Below, one piece after another: positions 1 to 12,731 of a DNA stretch of 63,770 bases. Position numbers and translations under genes: made by a program. The DNA is from Lama glama (taxonomy: Eukaryota), in assembly GCA_028534125.1 (NCBI GenBank), contig CM052818.1:42348231-42412000 (forward strand), written 5' to 3'. Each line of letters begins with the position of its first letter. Position 1 is the stretch's first letter. Below the pieces are notes generated by a model. The model saw only the letters and a program-made list of their open reading frames with translations, did not search any database and was not told the DNA's origin.

Positions 1-529
1 AAAATACACAGTAGTCTTTAGATGGCTTGTTCAAAGTGTCTCGAAGTGTCCATGGTTTTCTGAGCTAGCAGTTCGGACTTGGAGATGGCGCTTTAGTGTC
101 TTACACGCGAGAGTCCTTGAACCTGCTTCCTTCTGTCTCGCAGCCCCCCCTTCAGCTGTACAGTGTGGCCGTTCTTTATCTTCTTACTAATTGTATGTCC
201 ATTTTAATGGCCGTTGTTTTCGGTTAGTGCATTATGTAGGTGCCCTTTGTTGTCTGTACATCTTACTTAATGCATTCTCAGTGCTGGGGTGACTTTGAGG
301 AGAACATAATGTAGTTTGGTTTCTTCCCACTTTTATCAGATGGGGAACATGGACACTTGGCGAGCACGTTCCTGGTGTCAGGCGTCGTGCCAGGTTCCCA
401 CGGTGGAAAGGATGGAGCACTGATGGTCCCTGTTCTCAGGGATTCTCCTTCCGTCCTGTGGGTGTAGCTACTCGATCAGTACTTCAAGAAGTAATTTTTA
501 ATTGACAGTTACCCAATAATCCATGTGTT

Positions 530-750
530 GACAGGCTTAACCCTGTCCTTGGCCTCTTTTTTTTTTTTATAGTCTGTGAGCAAAGACTGGCCTTTACATT
601 TTTAAAGGTTTGTGGAAAAACAAGAATTAAAAAAAAAAAGAGAAAACAATGGAAAGAAGGGTCCGCTGCCTGTGCTGCAGAGGCCATATGGGGGCAGAGC
701 TTGCAGGTCTGCCCTCTGACCCCGGGCAGAAACCTTCACCGGCCCCTGGC
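530..750. mobile_element. MER58-like hAT-Charlie non-autonomous DNA transposon relic
   Basis: Motifs gtgagcaaagactggcctttacatttttaaaggtttgt and the terminal accggcccctg resemble the recalled MER58 consensus. A related copy lies at about 35270. Confidence 0.55.
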
Positions 751-999
751 TGATCAGACGGACAAATGCCCTGGTTTCCTTAGCTGGGGTGAATATAGGC
801 TTAGCAGTATTACTTCATGAAAATAGGTATTTCATTCCAATTTCTGTGGTTTTGTCCCCCATTCTTCCAAGAAGTCCATCTTTATGTTTCTCTACTTCTG
901 GGAAATAGAATCCTGAAATAGTGTCTCCAAAATGGCCTTAGTGTAGGTGCTCCGGACCAGGATTCCTTCTATACCCAGAGGTTCTCAAATCTGGTGACA

Positions 1000-1390
1000 T
1001 CATTCCATTCCCCAGCTTAAACTTTCCGCTGACTCTCCATTGCCTCTGGGATAAGGTGCAGTCCTGTGAGGACCCCATGCATTCCTGGTTGTGACCCCTG
1101 ACCCTGTCTGCTTCCTCTGTCGGAAGCCCATCTGTCTCTTCCCGTCTTTACCGCCTCTGCTTGGTTAACCTCTGTATATTCTTCCGTCTTCAGTTCCAGT
1201 CACTCCCTCATCTCTATTCTCACAGTGTTTTGTAGACCTTTCTATTAACAGCTGCACCCCATTCTGTTTAATTACTGGCTCACATTTCACATCCTCCATT
1301 AGGCTGTGAGTTCCTTATCTTGTTTGTTTTCACATCCTAAGCAGCTAACACAATAGCTGGCACAGTGTAGAGGACAAACATGTGTTGAGG
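1000..1390 (+). mobile_element. Degenerate L2 LINE 3' fragment
   Basis: L2-type motifs cccagcttaaactttcc...ctccattgcc and cattaggctgtgagttcc...gctggcacagtgtag...aaacatgtgttga. Confidence 0.5.
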
Positions 1391-1484
1391 GACTAACTGT
1401 GCTTTCTCACATGTCTACCTGTAGGGCAGGGATGCGTCTCCTTTACACTACTTTTTGGCTATAGCCTCGACACTGAGATGAAAA

Positions 1485-1693
1485 TTTCTGATCTCAGTAC
1501 ATCTTGGACTGGATCATTCTCTGTTGCGGGAAGGCTGTTCTGTGCCCTGTAGGATGTCAGCAGCATCCTTGACCTCTACCCACCTGATGCCTATCGCTCT
1601 CTCCTTTTCCTCTCCCACTGTGACCATCAAAAATGTCTCCGGACATTGTCCAGTGTCCCCTGGGGACAGAATCACCCTCAGGTGAGATCCTTC
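1485..1693 (-). mobile_element. MER20 hAT-Charlie element
   Basis: Reverse complement matches the recalled MER20 core (ccccaggggacactggacaatgtccggagacatttttgatggtcacag; gggtagaggtcaaggatgctgc). Confidence 0.8.
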
Positions 1694-1918
1694 AATCTAA
1701 ACATTTCCTTGGTCAGCAGTAATGCACCACAGTGAAAAGGGAGCATTGAAATTCCTTGGGTGTCCACAGTACTGGATTACTATGAAATGGCTTATTAAGG
1801 ACTGTGCTGCCTGCACCCCTGTCAGCTGGAGAGCAGTCCTAGTGAACATTTTCTTGACTGATTAAGGCATTGTGTTTCTCTTCTCTCCCTTCCCTGTGAC
1901 TGACGGACATTCTTGAAG

Positions 1919-2029
1919 GACACTGGAGGAGAATGTCTACAGCATTGCTCTCTCTCTGGCTCAGCGCTACAGCGTCTCCCGTTGGGAAGTTTTTATGACC
2001 CATTTAGAGTTCCTGTTCACCGACAGTGG
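1919..2029 (+). CDS. NBAS: NBAS internal coding exon (about human exon 42), 111 nt, phase 2/2
   Basis: Acceptor ttgaag| and donor GG|gtaagc. Translates (E)TLEENVYSIALSLAQRYSVSRWEVFMTHLEFLFTDS(G), matching recalled NBAS sequence. The ORF track shows a different frame here. Confidence 0.95.
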
Positions 2030-2254
2030 GTAAGCACACAATGCGTATGTCAGTTTATTTCCATGTCTTTCTTTTTAGAGCCTATTTCAGAAGAATCTTG
2101 AAGTTGTGATGTTCTAATCTGACGTTCCCTTCCCAGCTGTGGTAGACCTGTGTCTCTATATGGTCTCCCTCCATACATCACCAATACACTGATATTCTAA
2201 TGATAATCACTTAGTTTTTGTTTTTCAGTAACAGTCCTGAGTTAGAGACTTGAG

Positions 2255-3575
2255 CATTCATTCATTTATTCATAGATATTTATTGAGAATCTACTGTGTA
2301 CTAGTATCTAACACACAGATAGTAGGGTTACAATCGTGAGCAGAGGTAGACATTTCACCTGTCTGGGAACCTGGAGTCTAGTGTGGGAGACAGATTATAA
2401 CTGAATAATGACATAAGCAAATGTGAAATTGAAACTGTGATGAGTACCATGTAAGAGAGCTGAAATAGAGGGTTTGGCATAGATAGGGAAGACGTCCCTA
2501 AAGAAGTAGCTCTTGAGCTGAGACCTAAATATTGAGTCAAAGTGAAGTACGTTGCCAGAAGGGGTCTGTTTTCCAGGGAGACAAAACAGTTAAGTACAAA
2601 AGCCCTTTGACCAGAAGGAACATGATGTCTGTGGGTTTGACATGTAAACGGTGTGGGTGAGGCCCTGAGTGTCAGGGGCGCTGGGGGTGAGATGGGGCTG
2701 CAGAGCACTGGAGACCAGACCTTGCAGCAAGACCGTCCAGGCCCTGTCCAGGGCCGTGGGCTTTTCCCTAAGAGTAACAGGAAGGTATTTAGGGATAGTG
2801 GTAGAAAAGAGGGAGATAATATGATCAGATGGCAGTTTGGTAAGATCACGTTCACTACCACGTTGAGAGATTTTAGAGAGACCAGACGTATGGACCAGTT
2901 AGGGAGCTATTAGAGTAATAGACTGCATGACAGGTGGTCATAGCCTGGAGCAGGGTTTTGGAAGTGCAGGAGAGACGAGAGTGGATTTCAGAGATATGTG
3001 GAAGGTGAAGTAGATGGTACAAAACACATTGATTAAAAAGGACAAACTAGATACGAAGGTGAGTGAAAGGCGCAGGATCAAGAATCAACTCCAGGAGTTT
3101 ACTTGGTCTGTCTGTTGGATGATGACATCTTTCGATGAGACAGAAAACACAAGGACTCCAGGTATTTTCAGAGGAGGGTGAGGAAAAGGCAAAGGAGTGG
3201 AAAAGTTACACACATGGTAATTCCCAAGAGGGAAGGTCACCTAGACAGTGCATCTTACAGATCTGGAGCTCAGAAGATGGAGCGGGAAATGCTAATCTGG
3301 GACTCATCTGCACGTACTTGATAAGTAAGCTATGTTGTGAGCGTGCTTTGGGAATGAATACAGAATGAGAAAGAAGACAGGACAGACCTTGAGGACCTTC
3401 CACAATCGGTGGCAGAGGAAGAGCTGCCAACAAAATGGGTAAAGAGAGCAACAGGGAGGAGGATAAGTGGGCACCTTGTTCTGGAAGCTGTGGGAGGGAA
3501 GGGTTTGGAGAAGAGGGTAGTACTGAATGAGGTGAACTCCTGCTGAATGATCAGACCTCTTGTAATTGATCATCT
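2255..3575 (-). mobile_element. L2 LINE relic (about 1.3 kb)
   Basis: Starts with the reverse-complemented L2 tail cattcattcatttattc...atttattgag, followed by typical purine-rich L2 antisense sequence. Confidence 0.7.
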
Positions 3576-4339
3576 TTAATTTTTATTAATACCTTTGAAA
3601 TTCTACCATCTATGTTTTAAGTATTTATGAAATTGCTAGTGGTAGTGTTATCCATGATAACTTGCACAGGCTTCAGTTTTGAGACATAGAAATATGTTCA
3701 AATAAATGTTTCTTATGATAGGCATGTTGGCATAAAAAAATTCTGGCATTTTATTAAGTATCTTTTTCCTTTCATTGAATGTTACATAAAAGGTTGTCAT
3801 TTCTGTACAAATAGGATGCCCCATTGGTCTCTGAATATATTATAAATTATCGGGCAATCTAGTAATGTGCAAGACCGTTCATGGCGTGTCATTATACCTG
3901 ATGGCAGTGTGATTATGCAGACGTGCAGCGATTACAAAAACAGGAAATCGTTACCTCCCGCTGTCATTACTTGTGAGTGACAAAATGCTTAGTATTGATT
4001 TAGCAAGTGGTGTGTGGTGCTCCCTGTTCTTGACTTAAAAGACTGTAGTTTGCCTTACTAATCACTCAAACTTGGTAACACAAGTATTAGAAATCAGCCT
4101 TGTTAATACAGTAGAAATTGCCCAACATTTACTTGTTGAATCAGTGCCAATGGGAAGTCAATAGGTCAGGATTACAAGAAAAACAATGTTCTTCACTTTA
4201 GGGTTTTGTGTTCCTGTCCCTTTAAAAAAAATCATCTTCCCCCCAAAGTTGATCTTTCTATAATTCTACACTCTTCTTCCTCTTGGTTGAACCTGGAGGT
4301 ATTCCCCGCCCCAGCACGGGTCCCGATGAGAGAACACAG

Positions 4340-4570
4340 ACGGGTGGGGTGCCGCGCGTTGTGCAGTAGAGCGGAAGCCGTCAAGTCGGGGTCCCTAGGG
4401 CAGACCCCGACTGTGTCTCCAGCTGCGTGTGCCTCCGCAAGATAATTCGGCTCTCTGAAACCCACTTTTCTTTACTCTGAGTGAGGTGTACTAAAAATTA
4501 AATGACTTCATGGTAAAATACCAAGCCTTCAGTACTGGACACATGATCAGGACTTAATTAATGGCAGTTA
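4340..4570. mobile_element. MIR SINE relic
   Basis: MIR core-like ctgcgtgtgcctccgcaagataattcggctctctgaaacccacttttct. Confidence 0.5.
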
Positions 4571-6639
4571 TGTCTGGAATTTCACTCCTGCAGACAGAGA
4601 TTATTGTCATAAACACCCAGACTTGAGTCCCTGGTCTCCTCTTCCCCTTATTTTTCCTGATTTCTTTTTCTTTTCCTTGGTAGTTTTAAACATCACTGTT
4701 GGCTCTAAGTGGCCACGTGTGCCTGAAGCCAGTTCCAGCCGAGACACGGCTCCCTCAGCCTCTTGGCTCTCCGGGGGCAGGCTGAGCTCTCCAGGCTCAG
4801 GGCTGGTGTGTCCCTCACTGCAGCTGTCAGAGCCAGCTTCCCCCCTGGGCTGTCTGGACACTCTGGTGGCTCTTAGAGGCAACGCGAACCACCGGTGTGC
4901 AGGTGGCCTAGTGTGAGGGTGTGGGTTTTGGAGTCAGGCCACATTTCAAGACCCGACTCCGCTGCCCCGAGCTCCAACCGTGTGGCCGTGAGCCATCTCT
5001 TAATCTTCCTGAGTCGCCATTTTCCCAGATACGAGGACCATGGCCCCTTCCTGGTATTGTTGTAAAGACAGGGAAGCTCTGGGGACCGGGCAGCCTGATG
5101 GCTCTTCAGTGCTGTCGAGGTCATTCCTGTCACTGTTCTTGCCGACTGCTGGCTCCACGTGTGTCTTTCTGTCTTGGATACTGGATCATTTTGAAATGCC
5201 ACGGGAAGCCTGTAGCCGACAGAGTAGTACATTTGCTTATTCATTAAATATTAGTATTATCTTTTCGATAGTATCCTTGTGTTCCAAGCATAGGTTTAAA
5301 CGCTGAACAAGACAGAGACATCCTAACTCTTGTAGAGCTTATATTTGATCGGGGAGACCCCTGCCCCCTGTCCCATGCTTCCCTCCCCCCCAACACACAC
5401 ACAGTTAGAAACAGCTGGAAAGTAAATTGCTAGTGGTAGTAAGTACAATAAAGGAGACGCTCAAGGAACAAATAGGAAAGGCCTTTCTTTGAGTATCAAA
5501 GAGCACTTGATGAATTGAAGAAAAAGCATTTCAGGCAGAGGGAGCAGGCTCTGGGACAGGAAAATCCTGGGCATTTTTGTGTAATTAAAGGGACCCCATT
5601 GTGGTGGGAGCATGTGGAGCATAGTGAGCGATGGAGGACGAAATAGGAGCCAGAAGTACCTTAGACTTTCGGCCTTGATGGCACCCTCCTCTGTCTTTCT
5701 CCTTAGTTGAATAGCAGACCCGACAGCCACACATCTGACACCGTCATTTCATTCTCGTACGGAGTCGTAGTCACCCAGAGGGTTGATTACCCGAGTGATT
5801 TGGCTTGGGTGGCAGAGATCACGGTACCATCTTCATCTCTGCTGGTTGGTTCAGTGCGGTCTCTTTCAGACCCATGGGAGGGGTCTCTGGCCACAGAACT
5901 CTGACTGTGCTGTGCTGTTTTTCCCAACTGTCTTCAGATTCTCTAGTAGGATTCCTCTGGTCTCAGGTGTAAGTCTGGGCAAGAGCACGTTATAGCTGTG
6001 AGGAGAGGGGTAAACTAGAACGTATCTCCCTTTTTCTGCATTAGGGCAGAAGATACACAGAGTCTGTGCCTGAAGGTTGCTGTTGCTCACAGTCAGGTTT
6101 ATGTCCAGACTGCCGCACTGTAAAGAGTTCTAAATCCTGGCCTTTTCTTCTTGGCTTGGTTAAGGAGTTAGTGTGAGAATAGTTAGTGCGGAGAGAGGGG
6201 ATTTAAGGCAGCTTAGCTTCTTAAAAGTATACCATAATGTTGGAAAATAAGATAACTGAAAATTCAAGACCAAGGAAAAATCCGTATTAGAGTTGGAAGG
6301 TTGAATGTAGAAATTCAGGTCACCCTGTCACCCATGTTTTAAATTTAAGCCATATATTAACTGTTGATCTTTTTTTGGCCTAAGGGGCCGTGTTCATGAT
6401 CATGACCTAGACTATGATTTACATGGCACATAAGAAGAAATATCCCAATCCTAAAAATGGAAGAACTAATTACTACCATTACCAAAATGAAAGCAATTCT
6501 TTCTGCGTATCTGCAATCTTTCTTTCCAAGTTGTGATTCTTAAGGCCACTTTTCCCCCAAATAATAAAAAGTTCTTGACAAAGGCACAAAATTAAGCAAA
6601 AAGATGCATTTGGGGCTAGTTTTCATCTTGTAGAAAGTG

Positions 6640-6860
6640 CTCAGTCTGTGATTCATGTGAGTCTGGGTTCAAACCTTGGCTCTGTGACTTCCATTTAATG
6701 TATTCTTGGTAGACAAGTTGTTCTGTCCCTCTCTCCTAAGCTTCCTCCTGTGAAGAATGAGTATTCTTACTGCATTTTGCAGAACTGCTGAGAAATTTGA
6801 GACATTGATGCAAAAGGCCTGACATGTTGTAGGTGCTCAGAGGGAAAAAAGTAGCTACTA
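6640..6860. mobile_element. MIR SINE relic
   Basis: ctgggttcaaaccttggctctgtgact...gcttcctcctgtgaagaatgag...cctgacatgttgtaggtgctcag. Confidence 0.6.
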
Positions 6861-8057
6861 TGGTTAATTCTGTAAGAGACCAGATTCCCTGAACTTACCT
6901 CTGACCGTTGTCAGCCTCACATCACACATGTGAGTTTTGGATGATTATTTTTCAAGTCAACATGGAGATCAGTTATAAGATACCTTCTTTGTGAGAGATA
7001 AGTGGGATGACATGATACTTGATGTCTGAGAAGTGCTCAGGAAGTGATGCCTATTGCTGTTTCTGTGTTGCGTTGTCTTTTAAAATATTTTTTATTAGGT
7101 AAGAGTAGGAGACTCTATATAAACTAGTCAGAATTGACATTTCATGGGACATGAAAAGGCTGAAGGGGTCAGGATTGTCCTTATGAAGGAGATGAAGCTT
7201 GTTGACATGACCTTCCATCCACGTCACCACTCTGTCCGTATAAAACGTTCCACCGAGTATCTTTGTGACAAGAAATAGACTCTGAGATACTCAGTATCAT
7301 TTGCCTTATCAGCCACGTAGGTGGCCTTGCAAAGTGAAATTTCATTGTTTGGTTTGCAAAGACACTTGGCCAAAATGTTGGCCAAACTGAAAAATGCCAT
7401 GATTGTTTTTGACCGTGTTTTCCCCGCATAACCACATACTCAGCTGCCAGGCGGCACTGCAGAGCAAGCTGTCACTGTGGGTGCGTTCTGAGGTGTCTGT
7501 GTGGCAGATGTGCTGGACTGTTTCCCTCAGGCTGGAGTGGGTCTGACTGGGAGGGTGGGATTATTTCTTTCTACAGGAATCTGTGGTGGAGGCCTGTTCC
7601 CCTGAGGTCATGGTCACTAATGTGGATTTACAGACCTTCAGAATTTTAGGGGTCATCTTTGGGGGACACACTTAGGAGTTACTGCGTGTGCCCTGCACAG
7701 ACCCCTCTCTGCAGCCTTTCCCAGCAGCCTTCTCCCCTCACCTCCTTCCTCCTTCCCCGCGTCTTCCTCTCCCCTCTGTGTATTCCTTTTAGTCAGCTAA
7801 TGGAGTTGCATTATCACTCATCAGACTGAGTAAAGAAAAATGCATTTAAATAAAATTGTGTCTCTATATGAATATAAGTCCTTTCAATATATGCTGTTCT
7901 TGAATCACATTTTGGGGTGATTAACAATTCGAAGCCACCACAGAACACCTTAATCATGGGATTAGTACTAATAATTTATTCCTTGTGCCCTTAGTACAAC
8001 TAACACTAGTTCTTCCTGCAGTTAATCTCTGAGTTACATTTGCACTATATGTATATT

Positions 8058-8093
8058 TGTGTGTGTATATATGCATATATATATATATATATA
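8058..8093. repeat. (TG)/(TA)n microsatellite
   Basis: Direct reading: tgtgtgtgtatatatgcatatatatatatatatata. Confidence 0.85.
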
Positions 8094-9104
8094 CATTTTT
8101 TTTTGCCTTATAGCTAAAACTTAGAAAAAGCACTTAAACAGTCTTTAAGAGTAATTATTGATTTGGTTAGTGAAAAGTCCACAGGAGTTTCATGGTATTT
8201 CTTCCTACTCTCTTGAATGTAGATTCTTTGAAATTATTTTCTAAACAGAGATTTCATTTCTTGTTCCAAAGGAAAGATAACAGCTTCTTTCTATGGAAAC
8301 TATTAAAGTGGGTTATTGATTACTGGCAACTATAGAAGATCTTAGCACATTGTAATTTACCGAAGAGGGAGGTTTTAGTATTTATCATGTGTCAGTAGAG
8401 GTATTCCAGTATCTCTCTTGACAAGATAATTAGGTAAAATTGCACATTGAGCAAACTGAATTGTAGGCACAGAAGAGGTGGGTGGGCGAGGGGGAAGGTA
8501 ATGTTGATTGAGAGAGACTATATTGAGAATCAAGTCAAACATGGATTAGCTGAAGCTGTTATGATTTAGTCATTGTCTGTCCATTTTGTAGATGAGTCTG
8601 TCTTGGATACTCTGCTGATCGGGGTAATAGGAATGAAGTATGGCAGGAGAACTCTTTCGCAGGGGAAGAGAACCTATGTCTGTGTTACAGAAAGAATCCT
8701 GTTTTTGAAATGATTGTTAGTGCAGGCGCTTGACTTCATTGATCGATGGCTGCTCTGTGACAAGGCGAGCAGAGCCATGCAGAGTCCAGACGGATCTGGA
8801 CGCTTGGTCTTAGGCAAGCCTTCTAACCTGTCTGGTGACATTTTCTCATCTGTAGGTTAGTAATTGCCTAGATTTAACTTGCCTGGCATAGTAATCAGTG
8901 TCATACGTGCAAGCTGTTTCTTTTTCTTCCTTCCTGCATCGGGCACATTGTTCTGTTTGCAAACCTTTGTCAGTCTGAATCATCTTAATGGGTTACACAA
9001 TTTCTTATTTACTTCTTCACTACATTGTTTTCAGACTTCATTTGGCAAATTATGAAGGAACATCAGAAATTCTGTGGCTTTCCTCTGCCATGGGGTGTAC
9101 AGTA

Positions 9105-9608
9105 CAGTCACACCTCAGAGACACTGCAGGGTCAGTTGCAGATCACTGCAACAAAGCCAGTGTCACAGTGAAGCTAGTACATGACTGTTTCCCAGTGCAT
9201 GTAAAAGTTACATATATATTATACCATAGTCTGTTAAGTTTGCAAAAACGTTATGGCTAAAATGTCTAAAAAAAATGTCCAGACCTTAATTAAAAGATAC
9301 TTTATTGCTAAAAAATGCCAAAACAATATAAGAGTAACATCGAAGACCACTGATCACAGACAACCATAACAAATATAGCAATAATGAAAAAGTTTGAAAT
9401 ATTGCAAGAATTACCAAGATGTGACACAGAGACAGAAGTGAGCAAACAGTTGGAAAAATGGCACCATTGTACTTGCTCAACACAGGAGTGCCACCAACCC
9501 TCAGTTTGTTAAAAAAAAAAAAAAGAAGAAGAAGAAGGAGAAGGGAGAAGGAGAAGAGAAGTATCTGTGAAGAGCAATAAAATGAAGGGCAGTACAGTGG
9601 GTCTGCCC
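9105..9608 (-). mobile_element. Tigger1-derived non-autonomous Tc1/mariner element (Tigger1a_Art-like)
   Basis: TA followed by a degenerate TIR cagtcacacctcagagac; Tigger1 subterminal sequence with an internal deletion. Colinear with the copy at 46235-46668. Confidence 0.8.
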
Positions 9609-11486
9609 ACGTCTCTCAGAGAAGGCGCTGCACACTGAATAGTGTTGGTGTCAGGAGTGGTTTCAGACCAGCTGTCCATTTACACTTACTGTTCCTTGTC
9701 CATGCCTTGTGCTTTCTTGTCTTTATACTTTTGTTCATATTATTTCTGCTTTGTTCCTTTCTACAATACCAAGCTCAGGTGCTTCTTTCATTAAGCCTTC
9801 TGTTGTCATTGATACCAACCTCCTCTGAAGTGACAGCTCTAGCGATCCTACTCTTAAGTGGAATATAACTGCATGCCCTTTGTCAGCCCATACTACTGTT
9901 TTTCATTGTTCAGTATTTTTAATGTAATGCAATTGGATTTTCAAACAGCCGGATGAGAGCCCTGTGTTGTAAATCTTTCCATCTTCCCCGTTACTGAATG
10001 CAGGGCTTTGGCGATAGAGGACACCTAAGTTTTTGTTCATCCACACGTCTATTTGGTGCCCATCTGTAAGGCACATGTGGAATGTTTCCTTTGTACCACA
10101 CACTGGTGCTTGGTCCTGAGAAACTAAAGATCAAGAAGTCGTGGTATCATCTTTGCCATCACGTGGTACATAGTCAAGGGAGATAGGCAGAGTGGTAAAT
10201 TATCAAAGCATGTTATGAATAGAAGACATTCTCAGAAACTTTTATAGACCAGGGACATTTTTATAGATAGGGATATTTTTGTAAATGTTTGAATTGTGTC
10301 TTAATAGAAAAATAGGGTATCTCTTGAAGTGGAGATTAAAAAAGTATTTCTTAATTGCTTGGACTGTTGCTGTTATCCCAAGTTTTATCACATTCTCACA
10401 AAAATTTGAAAACACGTTTTGTATTAACTTTATGTACATAAAACAAAAACATGTGTGGGCACTTACTGAAAGTGGAAATTCCAATAAACAGGATACCATA
10501 TTTCAGAGGAGTTGCTTCTAAACATTATGAAACCTAACTTTGATCCTGCCAGAGGCCTTACTTCCTGCTCTCAGATACTTTGCTGCTGCCATGAGCCCTG
10601 GAAGGTGGGCATTTCTGTTAGTGCTAAGGGCTGCCTGAGCACCTCTTACAGTCAGAAAGTTTGAAACGCATCCTGTGTGGGGCATTGGGGTTACGCTGGG
10701 CAGGAGGCACTGTGTTCTGTCCGGACAGAAACAGAAGAAAAAAATTAAGCCCTCCCCTTCACCCAAAAAAAAAACAAACTGAGCAACCAAACTCCTTAAA
10801 AAACTTTTTTTTTCCAATAGTTTAACCTTAAATGACTTTAAAAAATTACATTATAAGAACATCTAAGTCAAGGTGAAAGTATTAAGACAGGTACTTTGTT
10901 CAAGTGGCATTCATTACTGTAGACAATTCAAGTGAAATTGCAAACTATTCTTCCCTAGTTTATTTCTGTTAGAACCCAGTGTCGAGTTTCTGTCTGCTGA
11001 ATACTGAGTCAGACCTCTTGGATATAAAACTTATGCCCAGAAGTTGGAGTTGTTTCTTCCCCTCACTGTTTTCTAAATTCCTGAAATACTAAGTTTGTTT
11101 ACATTTTTATAATGAAGCTCAGACTTAAAATATTTTGTGTGACAGGAATAAATAATGCATAGTGGAAAGTGATAGATCTCGGCTCATTTCCTAGCTGCTA
11201 ATCATTGGGCAGCTCTCTGCTGCAGGCATGTGAACTGATGCCTACCTCCCAGGGTTACTGTAGACCCACCTGAGATAACACGAAAATCGTGTAGTACCAT
11301 AGCAGGCACTGAACACGTTTGTTTTCCTTTATGTAAGTGACCTGCACTCTGGTGGTTTACTATCTTTGATTAGGAAGCAAGAAGGGGCTGGTAAGAAGTA
11401 GCCTTCCTTCCTTGGTTTAAAGAAAAAAAAAGCGTGTTGTTTAATAAAGGAACCAAATCTTAATACAATTTGTCTCTTAACTTTAG

Positions 11487-11737
11487 TTTGTCCACAGTAG
11501 AAATTGAAAACCGCGCTCAGTCCCTTCATCTCTTCGAGACCTTGAAGACGGATCCCGAAGCCTTTCACAAGCACATGATCAAGTATATTTACCCCACGAT
11601 TGGTGGCTTTGATCTTGAAAGGCTGCTGTATTACTTCACTCTGCTGGAAAGCTGTGGCTGTGCAGATCTGGGAACATACGCCATTAAGCCAGAAACCCAC
11701 ATTCGTCTGCTGAAGAAATTTAAGGTAGTTGCGTCAG
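11487..11737 (+). CDS. NBAS: NBAS coding exon (about exon 43), 251 nt, phase 2/1
   Basis: Acceptor ctttag| and donor G|gtaaga. Encodes LSTVEIENRAQSLHLFETLKTDPEAF...IRLLKKFKVVAS. GG+T completes Gly with the previous exon. Confidence 0.97.
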
Positions 11738-12179
11738 GTAAGATCATTTTCCTGCTTGAACTCATTCTTTAAGTTAAACCTGGGGCTTAATTGTCTATAC
11801 ACAGTCATGTCCCTGCACTGGGGCTGTTATGACTGAGAAGCCACAGCATTTTGATGCTGATCGACTTTAGTTATTATCTTTCCAGCTCCTTTACTTACTG
11901 TTGAGGGAATTAAATACCAGAGAAACTTGTCATACAATGACTTAAGTAGACCTGGTACTAATATCCAGAGTTTCTGATGAATGCTCCAGAGGCTTTCTCC
12001 ATACTCCCATTTTTATGTTTTCTCTATGTAAATGACAACAGGCAGTTTGGCAGAATTTCACTTCAGTGGGGCCTGTATGTTTGAAGTATATATGAAACCC
12101 TTAAAATCAGAGCCTTTGAATCTTTGATAAATAGTGAAGATCTTTAGAATGGTGTCTCTGTATCTTTACACTCACAGCT

Positions 12180-12610
12180 AAGAATTCATACCTCTCAAAT
12201 CTGTGTGATTCTTTATAATTTGCAAGACACTTTCAAATCTACATTCATCTGATGCTTGTAACAATTGCGAGCATTTACTTCGTTTCTCAGTGGTTTACGG
12301 GGTAACTGAAGTAGACCCTGGACTAGACACAGAGGAAAGGGGGTAAGGTTCCATCCCTGCCTTCAGATGAGATGCCAGATGAATGGCGAATGTCATGCAG
12401 CCTGGGGAGCACAGTCATGGAAAGAAACATAGATGTCACGGAGGGACTGAAGAAGCGAGGAGGTATGGCTGTCACCAGTGCCCGGATGAGAAGACGGGCG
12501 CACAGGAGCCGAGTGACCTGTTGAGGACTGCACCGTTCACTAAGTTGCAGGCAGAGACTTTGAACTCAGATCTTCTGATGTAACTGATTGCCAGACTAAG
12601 CTGTCCGCTG
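12180..12610. mobile_element. MIR fragments
   Basis: gatgagaagacgggcgcacaggagccgagtgacctg...gcagagactttgaactcagatcttctga. Confidence 0.5.
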
Positions 12611-12731
12611 TGACTACATTGCTAGAGAAGGCTTCTCAGCCAGCCATGCAAGGGGCTGCGCGTGTGTTTGAAAGCTCCTGTGTGTTTATGTTGGAATGAA
12701 CTACTCCTTTTTTTCCTTTTCTTTTCAATAG

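Noticed and set aside
1913..2101. 62-aa ORF MKDTGGECLQ...
   Set aside because: Wrong frame over the true NBAS exon 1919-2029.
2355..2861. 168-aa minus-strand ORF
   Set aside because: Lies in a decayed L2, has a low-complexity Leu/Ser/Pro composition and shows no recognisable domain.
11329..11700. 123-aa antisense ORF over exon 43
   Set aside because: Shadow ORF of a coding exon with no independent evidence.
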